Origin: Auanema rhodensis
Taxonomy: Eukaryota > Animalia > Nematoda
Direction: 5' to 3'
DNA: 64,000 nt
NCBI GenBank assembly: GCA_964057225.1
Contig: OZ059897.1
Span: 2,170,001-2,234,000, forward strand
Positions 39,160 through 53,600 of the stretch are shown here, piece by piece. A program made the position numbers and the translations under genes. The notes beneath the pieces are model-generated. The model was not told where the DNA came from. It did not search any database and was given only the letters and a program-made list of their open reading frames with translations. Positions within the stretch are counted from its first letter, which is position 1, and each line of letters opens with the position of its first letter.

Positions 39160-41730
39160 AAAATGCACCGAGATATCAACTGATATATGTTCACACTTAT
39201 ATCCTCGATTTTCACCCTGAAGAATTTATTTTTTCGTTTAATAACATTGTCCATCGTCTTTGCCTTGAAAGAAGGAATCTAAAAACATCTACTTTTTGTG
39301 AAATTATTCAGAAATTTTTCGGGAAAATTTTTGTCAAAATGTTTTTGGAAGCAATGTTGAGTGTACATGGGAACTCAACATACACTAATGCATTATTTTT
39401 CAAACGATCATAACTATTTTCTGTAAATAGCGTTTCTCAATGTAGTATAGTGCATTCGATGCGGATTTTTAAGCTGCGTTGATCTGTGTTATCAGATTTG
39501 AGTTAACTTAAAAATGCACCGAGATATCAACTGATATATGTTCACACTTATATCCTCGATTTTCACCCTGAAGAAATGATTTTTTGGTTGAAAAACATTG
39601 TCCATCGTCTTCGTCTTGAAAAAAGGAATCTAAAAACATCTACTTTTTGTGAAATTATTTAGAAATTTTTCGGGAAAATTTTTGTCAAAATGTTTTTGGA
39701 AGCAATGTTGAGTGTACATGGGAACTCAGCATACACTAATGCATTATTTTTCAAACAATAATAACTAATTTTTGTATAGAGCGTTTCTTAATGTAGTATA
39801 GTGCATTCGATGCGGATTTTTAAGTTGCGTTGATCTGTGTTATCAGATTTGAGTTAGCTTAAAAATGCACCGAGATATCAACTGATATATGTTCACACTT
39901 ATATCCTCGATTTTCACCCTGAAGAAATGATTTTTTCGTTGAATAACATTGTCCATCATCTTCGTCTTGAAAAAAGGAATCTAAAAACATCTACTTTTTG
40001 TGAAATTATTTAGAAATTTTTCGGGAAAATTTTTGTCAAAATGTTTTTGGAAGCAATGTTGAGTGTACATGGGAACTCAACATACACTAATGCATTATTT
40101 TTCAAACGATCATAACTAATTTTTGTAAATAGCGTTTCTCAAGGTAGTATAGTGCATTCGATGCGGATTTTTAAGCTGCGTCGATCTGTGTTATCAGATT
40201 TGAGCTAGCTTAAAAATGCACCGAGATATCAACTGATATATGTTCACACTTATATCCTCGATTTTCACCCTGAAGAAATGATTTTTTGGTTGAAAAACAT
40301 TGTCCATCGTCTTCGTCTTGAAAAAAGGAATCTAAAAACATCTACTTTTTGTGAAATTATTTGGAAATTTTTCGGGAAAATTTTTGTCAAAATGTTTTTG
40401 GAAGCAATGTTGAGTGTACATGGGAACTCAACATACACTAATGCATTATTTTTCAAACGATCATAACTAATTTTTGTATAAAGCGTTTCTTAATGTAGTA
40501 TAGTGCATTCGATGCGGATTTTTAAGCTGCGTCGATCTGTGTTATCAGATTTGAGTTAGCTTAAAAATGCACCGAGATATCAACTGATATATGTTCACAC
40601 TTATATCCTCGATTTTCACCCTGAAGAAATGATTTTTTCGTTGAAAAAACATTGTCCATCGTCTTTGCCTTGAAAAAAGGAATCTAAAAACATCTACTTT
40701 TTGTGAAATTATTTAGAAATTTTTCGGGAAAATTTTTGTCAAAATGTTTTTGGAAGCAATGTTGAGTGTACATGGGAACTCAACATACACTAATGCATTA
40801 TTTTTCAAACGATCATAACTTATTTTTGTATAGAGCGTTTCTCAATGTAGTATAGTGCATTCGATGCGGATTTTTAAGCTCCCTCGATCTGTGTTATCCG
40901 ATTTGAGCTAGCTTGAAAATGTACCGAGATATCAACTGATATATGTTCACACTTATATCCTCGATTTTCACCCTGAAGAAATGATTTTTTGGTTGAAAAA
41001 CATTGTCCATCGTCTTCGTCTTGAAAAAAGGAATCTAAAAACATCTACTTTTTGTGAAATTATTTAGAAATTTTTCGGGAAAATTTTTGTCAAAATGTTT
41101 TTGGAAGCAATGTTGGGTGTACATGGGAACTCAACATACACTAATGCATTATTTTTCAAACGATCATAACTAATTTTTGTATAAAGCGTTTCTTAATGTA
41201 GTATAGTGCATTCGATGCGGATTTTTAAGCTGCGTCGATCTGTGTTATCAGATTTGAGTTAGCTTAAAAATGCACCGAGATATCAACTGATATATGTTCA
41301 CACTTATATCCTCGATTTTCACCCTGAAGAAATGATTTTTTCGTTGAAAAAACATTGTCCATCGTCTTTGCCTTGAAAAAAGGAATCTGAAAACATCTAC
41401 TTTTTGTGAAATTATTTAGAAATTTTTCGGGAAAATTTTTGTCAAAATGTTTTTGGAAGCAATGTTGAGTGTACATGGGAACTCAACATACACTAATGCA
41501 TTATTTTTCAAACGATCATAACTTATTTTTGTATAGAGCGTTTCTCAATGTAGTATAGTGCATTCGATGCGGATTTTTAAGCTGCCTCGATCTGTGTTAT
41601 CCGATTTGAGCTAGCTTGAAAATGTACCGAGATATCAACTGATATATGTTCACACTTATATCCTCGATTTTCACCCTGAAGAAATGATTTTTTGGTTGAA
41701 AAACATTGTCCATCGTCTTCGTCTTGAAAA
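39160..41730. repeat. Third, partial copy (~7 monomers) of the block start, offset 9834 bp (28 monomers) from copy B
   Basis: The ORF pattern 30431/31430 recurs at 40265/41264. The ATTTGGAAAT variant is shared, but the CACCCAGAAG SNP is absent. Confidence 0.8.
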
Positions 41731-44700
41731 AAGAAATCTAAAAACATCTACTTTTTGTGAAATTATTTAGAAATTTTTCGGGAAAATTTTTGTCAAAATG
41801 TTTTTGGAAGCAATGTTGAGTGTACATGGGAACTCAACATACACTAATGCATTATTTTTCAAACGATCATAACTTATTTTTGTATAGAGCGTTTCTCAAT
41901 GTAGTATAGTGCATTCGATGCGGATTTTTAAGCTGCGTCGATCTGTGTTATCAGATTTGAGCTAGCTTAAAAATGCACCGAGATATCAACTGATATATGT
42001 TCACACTTATATCCTCGATTTTCACCCTGAAGAAATGATTTTTTGGTTGAAAAACATTGTCCATCGTCTTCGTCTTGAAAGAAGGAATCTAAAAACATCT
42101 ACTTTTTGTGAAATTATTTGGAAATTTTTCGGGAAAATTTTTGTCAAAATGTTTTTGGAAGCAATGTTGAGTGTACATGGGAACTCAACATACACTAATG
42201 CATTATTTTTCAAACGATCATAACTAATTTTTGTATAAAGCGTTTCTTAATGTAGTATAGTGCATTCGATGCGGATTTTTAAGCTGCGTCGATCTGTGTT
42301 ATCAGATTTGAGTTAGCTTAAAAATGCACCGAGATATCAACTGATATATGTTCACACTTATATCCTCGATTTTCACCCTGAAGAAATGATTTTTTCGTTG
42401 AAAAAACATTGTCCATCGTCTTTGCCTTGAAAAAAGGAATCTAAAAACATCTACTTTTTGTGAAATTATTTAGAAATTTTTCGGGAAAATTTTTGTCAAA
42501 ATGTTTTTGGAAGCAATGTTGAGTGTACATGGGAACTCAACATACACTAATGCATTATTTTTCAAACGATCATAACTTATTTTTGTATAGAGCGTTTCTC
42601 AATGTAGTATAGTGCATTCGATGCGGATTTTTAAGCTGCCTCGATCTGTGTTATCCGATTTGAGCTAGCTTGAAAATGTACCGAGATATCAACTGATATA
42701 TGTTCACACTTATATCCTCGATTTTCACCCTGAAGAAATGATTTTTTGATTGAAAAACATTGTCCATCGTCTTCGTCTTGAAAAAAGGAATCTAAAAACA
42801 TCTACTTTTTGTGAAATTATTTAGAAATTTTTCGGGAAAATTTTTGTCAAAATGTTTTTGGAAGCAATGTTGAGTGTACATGGGAACTCAACATACACTA
42901 ATGCATTATTTTTCAAACGATCATAACTAATTTTTGTATAAAGCGTTTCTTAATGTTGTATAATGCATTCGATGCGGATTTTTAAGTTGCGTTGATCTGT
43001 GTTATCAGATTTGAGTTAGCTTAAAAATGCACCGAGATATCAACTGATATATGTTCACACTTATATCCTCGATTTTCACCCTGAAGAAATGATTTTTTCG
43101 TTGAAAAAACATTGTCCATCGTCTTTCCCTTGAAAAAAGGAATCTAAAAACATCTACTTTTTGTGAAATTATTTAGAAATTTTTCGGGAAAATTTTTGTC
43201 AAAATGTTTTTGGAAGCAATGTTGAGTGTACATGGGAACTCAACATACACTAATGCATTATTTTTCAAACGATCATAACTTATTTTTGTATAGAGCGTTT
43301 CTCAATGTAGTATAGTGCATTCGATGCGGATTTTTAAGCTGCGTCGATCTGTGTTATCAGATTTGAGTTAGCTTAAAAATGCACCGAGATATCAACTGAT
43401 ATATGTTCACACTTATATCCTCGATTTTCACCCTGAAGAAATGATTTTTTGGTTGAAAAACATTGTCCATCGTCTTCGTCTTGAAAAAAGGAATCTAAAA
43501 ACATCTACTTTTTGTGAAATTATTTAGAAATTTTTCGGGAAAATTTTTGTCAAAATGTTTTTGGAAGCAATGTTGGGTGTACATGGGAACTCAACATACA
43601 CTAATGCATTATTTTTCAAACGATCATAACTAATTTTTGTATAAAGCGTTTCTTAATGTAGTATAGTGCATTCGATGCGGATTTTTAAGCTGCGTCGATC
43701 TGTGTTATCAGATTTGAGTTAGCTTAAAAATGCACCGAGATATCAACTGATATATGTTCACACTTATATCCTCGATTTTCACCCTGAAGAAATGATTTTT
43801 TCGTTGAAAAAACATTGTCCATCGTCTTTGCCTTGAAAAAAGGAATCTGAAAACATCTACTTTTTGTGAAATTATTTAGAAATTTTTCGGGAAAATTTTT
43901 GTCAAAATGTTTTTGGAAGCAATGTTGAGTGTACATGGGAACTCAACATACACTAATGCATTATTTTTCAAACGATCATAACTTATTTTTGTATAGAGCG
44001 TTTCTCAATGTAGTATAGTGCATTCGATGCGGATTTTTAAGCTGCCTCGATCTGTGTTATCCGATTTGAGCTAGCTTGAAAATGTACCGAGATATCAACT
44101 GATATATGTTCACACTTATATCCTCGATTTTCACCCTGAAGAAATGATTTTTTGGTTGAAAAACATTGTCCATCGTCTTCGTCTTGAAAAAAGAAATCTA
44201 AAAACATCTACTTTTTGTGAAATTATTTAGAAATTTTTCGGGAAAATTTTTGTCAAAATGTTTTTGGAAGCAATGTTGAGTGTACATGGGAACTCAACAT
44301 ACACTAATGCATTATTTTTCAAACGATCATAACTTATTTTTGTATAGAGCGTTTCTCAATGTAGTATAGTGCATTCGATGCGGATTTTTAAGCTGCGTCG
44401 ATCTGTGTTATCAGATTTGAGCTAGCTTAAAAATGCACCGAGATATCAACTGATATATGTTCACACTTATATCCTCGATTTTCACCCTGAAGAAATGATT
44501 TTTTGGTTGAAAAACATTGTCCATCGTCTTCGTCTTGAAAGAAGGAATCTAAAAACATCTACTTTTTGTGAAATTATTTGGAAATTTTTCGGGAAAATTT
44601 TTGTCAAAATGTTTTTGGAAGCAATGTTGAGTGTACATGGGAACTCAACATACACTAATGCATTATTTTTCAAACGATCATAACTAATTTTTGTATAAAG

Positions 44701-47497
44701 CGTTTCTTAATGTAGTATAGTGCATTCGATGCGGATTTTTAAGCTGCGTCGATCTGTGTTATCAGATTTGAGTTAGCTTAAAAATGCACCGAGATATCAA
44801 CTGATATATGTTCACACTTATATCCTCGATTTTCACCCTGAAGAAATGATTTTTTCGTTGAAAAAACATTGTCCATCGTCTTTGCCTTGAAAAAAGGAAT
44901 CTAAAAACATCTACTTTTTGTGAAATTATTTAGAAATTTTTCGGGAAAATTTTTGTCAAAATGTTTTTGGAAGCAATGTTGAGTGTACATGGGAACTCAA
45001 CATACACTAATGCATTATTTTTCAAACGATCATAACTTATTTTTGTATAGAGCGTTTCTCAATGTAGTATAGTGCATTCGATGCGGATTTTTAAGCTGCC
45101 TCGATCTGTGTTATCCGATTTGAGCTAGCTTGAAAATGTACCGAGATATCAACTGATATATGTTCACACTTATATCCTCGATTTTCACCCTGAAGAAATG
45201 ATTTTTTGATTGAAAAACATTGTCCATCGTCTTCGTCTTGAAAAAAGGAATCTAAAAACATCTACTTTTTGTGAAATTATTTAGAAATTTTTCGGGAAAA
45301 TTTTTGTCAAAATGTTTTTGGAAGCAATGTTGAGTGTACATGGGAACTCAACATACACTAATGCATTATTTTTCAAACGATCATAACTAATTTTTGTATA
45401 AAGCGTTTCTTAATGTTGTATAATGCATTCGATGCGGATTTTTAAGTTGCGTTGATCTGTGTTATCAGATTTGAGTTAGCTTAAAAATGCACCGAGATAT
45501 CAACTGATATATGTTCACACTTATATCCTCGATTTTCACCCTGAAGAAATGATTTTTTCGTTGAAAAAACATTGTCCATCGTCTTTCCCTTGAAAAAAGG
45601 AATCTAAAAACATCTACTTTTTGTGAAATTATTTAGAAATTTTTCGGGAAAATTTTTGTCAAAATGTTTTTGGAAGCAATGTTGAGTGTACATGGGAACT
45701 CAACATACACTAATGCATTATTTTTCAAACGATCATAACTTATTTTTGTATAGAGCGTTTCTCAATGTAGTATAGTGCATTCGATGCGGATTTTTAAGCT
45801 GCGTCGATCTGTGTTATCAGATTTGAGTTAGCTTAAAAATGCACCGAGATATCAACTGATATATGTTCACACTTATATCCTCGATTTTCACCCTGAAGAA
45901 ATGATTTTTTGGTTGAAAAACATTGTCCATCGTCTTCGTCTTGAAAAAAGGAATCTAAAAACATCTACTTTTTGTGAAATTATTTAGAAATTTTTCGGGA
46001 AAATTTTTGTCAAAATGTTTTTGGAAGCAATGTTGGGTGTACATGGGAACTCAACATACACTAATGCATTATTTTTCAAACGATCATAACTAATTTTTGT
46101 ATAAAGCGTTTCTTAATGTAGTATAGTGCATTCGATGCGGATTTTTAAGCTGCGTCGATCTGTGTTATCAGATTTGAGTTAGCTTAAAAATGCACCGAGA
46201 TATCAACTGATATATGTTCACACTTATATCCTCGATTTTCACCCTGAAGAAATGATTTTTTCGTTGAAAAAACATTGTCCATCGTCTTTGCCTTGAAAAA
46301 AGGAATCTGAAAACATCTACTTTTTGTGAAATTATTTAGAAATTTTTCGGGAAAATTTTTGTCAAAATGTTTTTGGAAGCAATGTTGAGTGTACATGGGA
46401 ACTCAACATACACTAATGCATTATTTTTCAAACGATCATAACTTATTTTTGTATAGAGCGTTTCTCAATGTAGTATAGTGCATTCGATGCGGATTTTTAA
46501 GCTGCCTCGATCTGTGTTATCCGATTTGAGCTAGCTTGAAAATGTACCGAGATATCAACTGATATATGTTCACACTTATATCCTCGATTTTCACCCTGAA
46601 GAAATGATTTTTTGGTTGAAAAACATTGTCCATCGTCTTCGTCTTGAAAAAAGAAATCTAAAAACATCTACTTTTTGTGAAATTATTTAGAAATTTTTCG
46701 GGAAAATTTTTGTCAAAATGTTTTTGGAAGCAATGTTGAGTGTACATGGGAACTCAACATACACTAATGCATTATTTTTCAAACGATCATAACTTATTTT
46801 TGTATAGAGCGTTTCTCAATGTAGTATAGTGCATTCGATGCGGATTTTTAAGCTGCGTCGATCTGTGTTATCAGATTTGAGCTAGCTTAAAAATGCACCG
46901 AGATATCAACTGATATATGTTCACACTTATATCCTCGATTTTCACCCTGAAGAAATGATTTTTTGGTTGAAAAACATTGTCCATCGTCTTCGTCTTGAAA
47001 AAAGGAATCTAAAAACATCTACTTTTTGTGAAATTATTTGGAAATTTTTCGGGAAAATTTTTGTCAAAATGTTTTTGGAAGCAATGTTGAGTGTACATGG
47101 GAACTCAACATACACTAATGCATTATTTTTCAAACGATCATAACTAATTTTTGTATAAAGCGTTTCTTAATGTAGTATAGTGCATTCGATGCGGATTTTT
47201 AAGCTGCGTCGATCTGTGTTATCAGATTTGAGTTAGCTTAAAAATGCACCGAGATATCAACTGATATATGTTCACACTTATATCCTCGATTTTCACCCTG
47301 AAGAAATGATTTTTTCGTTGAAAAAACATTGTCCATCGTCTTTGCCTTGAAAAAAGGAATCTAAAAACATCTACTTTTTGTGAAATTATTTAGAAATTTT
47401 TCGGGAAAATTTTTGTCAAAATGTTTTTGGAAGCAATGTTGAGTGTACATGGGAACTCAACATACACTAATGCATTATTTTTCAAACGATCATAACT
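40923..47497. repeat. Tandem 7-mer higher-order repeat (2460-bp unit, ~2.7 copies)
   Basis: AAAAGAAATCT (41734/44194/46654), TTTTGATTG (42749/45209), TAATGTTGTATAATG (42957/45417) and ORFs 41264/43724/46184 all show 2460-bp spacing. Confidence 0.93.
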
Positions 47498-50400
47498 AAT
47501 TTTTGTATAAAGCGTTTCTTAATGTAGAATAGTGCATTCGATGCGGATTTTTAAGCTGCGTCGATCTGTGTTATCAGATTTGAGTTAGCTTAAAAATGCA
47601 CCGAGATATCAACTGATATATGTTCACACTTATATCCTCGATTTTCACCCTGAAGAAATGATTTTTTCGTTGAAAAAACATTGTCCATCGTCTTTGCCTT
47701 GAAAAAAGGAATCTGAAAACATCTAATTTTTGTGAAATTATTTAGAAATTTTTCGGGAAAATTTTTGTCAAAATGTTTTTGGAAGCAATGTTGAGTGTAC
47801 ATGGGAACTCAACATACACTAATGCATTATTTTTCAAACGATCATAACTAATTTTTATAAATAGCGTTTCTCGATGTAGTATAGTGCATTCGATGCGGAT
47901 TTTTAAGCTGCGTTGATCTGTGTTATCAGATTTGAGTTAACTTAAAAATGCACCGAGATATCAACTGATATAGGTTCACACTTATATCCTCGATTTTCAC
48001 CCTGAAGAAATGATTTTTTCGTTGAAAAACATTGTCCATCGTCTTTGTCATGAAAAAAGGAATCTAAAAACATCTACTTTTTGTGAAATTATTCAGAAAA
48101 TTTTCGGGAAAATTTTTGTCAAAATGTTTTTGGAAGCAATGTTGAGTGTACATGGGAACTCAACATACACTAATGCATTATTTTTCAAACGATCATAACT
48201 AATTTTTGTAAATAGCGTTTCTCAAGGTAGTATAGTGCATTCGATGCGGATTTTTAAGCTGCGTCGATCTGTGTTATCAGATTTGAGCGAGCTTAAAAAT
48301 GCACCGAGATATCAACTGATATATGTTCACACTTATATCCTCGATTTTCACCCTGAAGAAATGATTTTTTGGTTGAAAAACATTGTCCATCGTCTTCGTC
48401 TTGAAAAAAGAAATCTAAAAACATCTACTTTTTGTGAAATTATTTAGAAATTTTTCGGGAAAATGTTTGTCAAAATGTTTTTGGAAGCAATGTTGGGTGT
48501 ACATGGGAACTCAACATACACTAATGCATTATTTTTCAAACGATCATAACTAATTTTTGTATAAAGCGTTTCTTAATGTAGTATAGTGCATTCGATGCGG
48601 ATTTTTAAGCTGCGTCGATCTGTGTTATCAGATTTGAGTTAGCTTAAAAATGCACCGAGATATCAACTGATATATATTCACACTTATATCCTCGATTTTC
48701 ACCCTGAAGAAATGATTTTTTCGTTGAAAAAACATTGTCCATCGTCTTTGCCTTGAAAAAAGGAATCTAAAAACATCTACTTTTTGTGAAATTATTTAGA
48801 AATTTTTCGGGAAAATTTTTGTCAAAATGTTTTTGGAAGCAATGTTGAGTGTACATGGGAACTCAACATACACTAATGCATTATTTTTCAAACGATCATA
48901 ACTTATTTTTGTATAGAGCGTTTCTCAATGTAGTATAGTGCATTCGATGCGGATTTTTAAGCTGCGTCGATCTGTGTTATCCGATTTGAGCTAGCTTGAA
49001 AATGTACCGAGATATCAACTGATATATGTTCACACTTATATCCTCGATTTTCACCCTGAAGAATTTATTTTTTCGTTGAATAACATTGTCCATCGTCTTC
49101 GCCTTGAAAGAAGGAATCTAAAAACATCTACTTTTTGTGAAATTATTCAGAAATTTTTCGGGAAAATTTTTGTCAAAATGTTTTTGGAAGCAATGTTGAG
49201 TGTACATGGAAACTCAGCATACACTAATGCATTATTTTTCAAACGATAATAACTAATTTTTGTATAGAGCGTTTCTTAATGTAGTATAATGCATTCGATG
49301 CGGATTTTTAAGTTGCGTTGATCTGTGTTATCAGATTTGAGTTAGCTTAAAAATGCACCGAGATATCAACTGATATAGGTTCACACTTATATCCTCGATT
49401 TTCACCCTGAAGAAATGATTTTTTCGTTGAAAAACATTGTCCATCGTCTTCGTCATGAAAAAAGGAATCTAAAAACATCTACTTTTTGTGAAATTATTCA
49501 GAAAATTTTCGGGAAAATTTTTGTCAAAATGTTTTTGGAAGCAATGTTGAGTGTACATGGGAACTCAACATACACTAATGCATTATTTTTCAAACGATCA
49601 TAACTAATTTTTGTAAATAGCGTTTCTCAAGGTAGTATAGTGCATTCGATGCGGATTTTTAAGCTGCGTCGATCTGTGTTATCAGATTTGAGCTAGCTTA
49701 AAAATGCACCGCGATATCAACTGATATATGTTCACACTTATATCCTCGATTTTCACCCTGAAGAAATGATTTTTTCGTTGAAAAACATTGTCCATCGTCT
49801 TCGTCATGAAAAAAGGAATCTAAAAACATCTACTTTTTGTGAAATTATTCAGAAAATTTTCGGGAAAATTTTTGTCAAAATGTTTTTGGAAGCAATGTTG
49901 AGTGTACATGGGAACTCAACATACACTAATGCATTATTTTTCAAACGATCATAACTAATTTTTGTATAGAGCGTTTCTTAATGTAGTATAATGCATTCGA
50001 TGCGGATTTTTAAGTTGCGTTGATCTGTGTTATCAGATTTGAGTTAGCTTAAAAATGCACCGAGATATCAACTGATATATGTTCACACTTATATCCTCGA
50101 TTTTCACCCTGAAGAAATGATTTTTTGGTTGAAAAACATTGTCCATCGTCTTCGTCTTGAAAAAAGGAATCTAAAAACATCTACTTTTTGTGAAATTATT
50201 TAGAAATTTTTCGGGAAAATTTTTGTCAAAATGTTTTTGGAAGCAATGTTGAGTGTACATGGGAACTCAACATACACTAATGCATTATTTTTCAAACGAT
50301 CATAACTAATTTTTGTATAAAGCGTTTCTTAATGTAGTATAGTGCATTCGATGCGGATTTTTAAGCTGCGTCGATCTGTGTTATCAGATTTGAGTTAGCT

Positions 50401-50604
50401 TAAAAATGCACCGAGATATCAACTGATATATGTTCACACTTATATCCTCGATTTTCACCCTGAAGAAATGATTTTTTCGTTGAAAAAACATTGTCCATCG
50501 TCTTTGCCTTGAAAAAAGGAATCTAAAAACATCTACTTTTTGTGAAATTATTTAGAAATTTTTCGGGAAAATTTTTGTCAAAATGTTTTTGGAAGCAATG
50601 TTGA

Positions 50605-53600
50605 GTGTACATGGGAACTCAACAAACACTAATGCATTATTTTTCAAACGATCATAACTTATTTTTGTATAGAGCGTTTCTCAATGTAGTATAGTGCATT
50701 CGATGCGGATTTTTAAGCTGCGTCGATCTGTGTTATCCGATTTGAGCTAGCTTGAAAATGTACCGAGATATCAACTGATATAGGTTCACACTTATATCCT
50801 CGATTTTCACCCTGAAGAAATGATTTTTTCGTTGAAAAACATTGTCCATCGTCTTCGTCATGAAAAAAGGAATCTAAAAACATATACTTTTTGTGAAATT
50901 ATTCAGAAATTTTTCGGGAAAATTTTTGTCAAAATGTTTTTGGAAGCAATGTTGAGTGTACATGGGAACTCAACATACACTAATGCATTATTTTTCAAAC
51001 GATCATAACTAATTTTTGTATAAAGCGTTTCTTAATGTAGTATAGTGCATTCGATGCGGATTTTTAAGCTGCGTCGATCTGTGTTATCAGATTTGAGTTA
51101 GCTTAAAAATGCACCGAGATATCAACTGATATATGTTCACACTTATATCCTCGATTTTCACCCTGAAGAAATGATTTTTTCGTTGAAAAAACATTGTCCA
51201 TCGTCTTTGCCTTGAAAAAAGGAATCTAAAAACATCTACTTTTTGTGAAATTATTTAGAAATTTTTCGGGAAAATTTTTGTCAAAATGTTTTTGGAAGCA
51301 ATGTTGAGTGTACATGGGAACTCAACATACACTAATGCATTATTTTTCAAACGATCATAACTTATTTTTGTATAGAGCGTTTCTCAATGTAGTATAGTGC
51401 ATTCGATGCGGATTTTTAAGCTGCGTCGATCTGTGTTATCCGATTTGAGCTAGCTTGAAAATGTACCGAGATATCAACTGATATATGTTCACACTTATAT
51501 CCTCGATTTTCACCCTGAAGAATTTATTTTTTCGTTGAATAACATTGTCCATCGTCTTCGCCTTGGAAGAAGGAATCTAAAAACATCTACTTTTTGTGAA
51601 ATTATTCAGAAATTTTTCGGGAAAATTTTTGTCAAAATGTTTTTGGAAGCAATGTTGAGTGTACATGGGAACTCAGCATACACTAATGCATTATTTTTCA
51701 AACGATAATAACTAATTTTTGTATAGAGCGTTTCTTAATGTAGTATAATGCATTCGATGCGGATTTTTAAGTTGCGTTGATCTGTGTTATCAGATTTGAG
51801 TTAGCTTAAAAATGCACCGAGATATCAACTGATATATGTTCACACTTATATCCTCGATTTTCACCCTGAAGAAATGATTTTTTCGTTGAAAAACATTGTC
51901 CATCGTCTTCGTCATGAAAAAAGGAATCTAAAAACATCTACTTTTTGTGAAATTATTCAGAAAATTTTCGGGAAAATTTTTGTCAAAATGTTTTTGGAAG
52001 CAATGTTGGGTGTACATGGGAACTCAACATACACTAATGCATTATTTTTCAAACGATCATAACTAATTTTTGTATAAAGCGTTTCTTAATGTAGTATAGT
52101 GCATTCGATGCGGATTTTTAAGCTGCGTCGATCTGTGTTATCAGATTTGAGTTAGCTTAAAAATGCACCGAGATATCAACTGATATATGTTCACACTTAT
52201 ATCCTCGATTTTCACCCTGAAGAATTTATTTTTTCGTTGAATAACATTGTCCATCGTCTTCGCCTTGAAAGAAGGAATCTAAAAACATCTACTTTTTGTG
52301 AAATTATTTAGAAATTTTTCGGGAAAATTTTTGTCAAAATGTTTTTGGAAGCAATGTTGAGTGTACATGGGAACTCAACATACACTAATGCATTATTTTT
52401 CAAACGATCATAACTAATTTTTGTATAAAGCGTTTCTTAATGTAGTATAGTGCATTCGATGCGGATTTTTAAGCTGCGTCGATCTGTGTTATCAGATTTG
52501 AGTTAGCTTAAAAATGCACCGAGATATCAACTGATATATGTTCACACTTATATCCTCGATTTTCACCCTGAAGAAATGATTTTTTCGTTTAAAAAACATT
52601 GTCCATCGTCTTTGCCTTGAAAAAAGGAATCTAAAAACATCTACTTTTTGTGAAATTATTTAGAAATTTTTCGGGAAAATTTTTGTCAAAATGTTTTTGG
52701 AAGCAATGTTGAGTGTACATGGGAACTCAACATACACTAATGCATTATTTTTCAAACGATCATAACTAATTTTTGTATAGAGCGTTTCTTAATGTAGTAT
52801 AATGCATTCGATGCGGATTTTTAAGCTGCGTCGATCTGTGTTATCCGATTTGAGCTAGCTTGAAAATGTACCGAGATATCAACTGATATATGTTCACACT
52901 TATATCCTCGATTTTCACCCTGAAGAATTTATTTTTTCGTTGAATAACATTGTCCATCGTCTTCGCCTTGAAAGAAGGAATCTAAAAACATCTACTTTTT
53001 GTGAAATTATTCAGAAATTTTTCGGGAAAATTTTTGTCAAAATGTTTTTGGAAGCAATGTTGAGTGTACATGGGAACTCAGCATACACTAATGCATTATT
53101 TTTCAAACGATAATAACTAATTTTTGTATAGAGCGTTTCTTAATGTAGTATAATGCATTCGATGCGGATTTTTAAGTTGCGTTGATCTGTGTTATCAGAT
53201 TTGAGTTAGCTTAAAAATGCACCGAGATATCAACTGATATATGTTCACACTTATATCCTCGATTTTCACCCTGAAGAAATGATTTTTTCGTTGAAAAACA
53301 TTGTCCATCGTCTTCGTCATGAAAAAAGGAATCTAAAAACATCTACTTTTTGTGAAATTATTCAGAAAATTTTCGGGAAAATTTTTGTCAAAATGTTTTT
53401 GGAAGCAATGTTGGGTGTACATGGGAACTCAACAAACACTAATGCATTATTTTTCAAACGATCATAACTTATTTTTGTATAGAGCGTTTTTCAATGTAGT
53501 ATAGTGCATTCGATGCGGATTTTTAAGCTGCGTCGATCTGTGTTATCCGATTTGAGCTAGCTTGAAAATGTACCGAGATATCAACTGATATAGGTTCACA

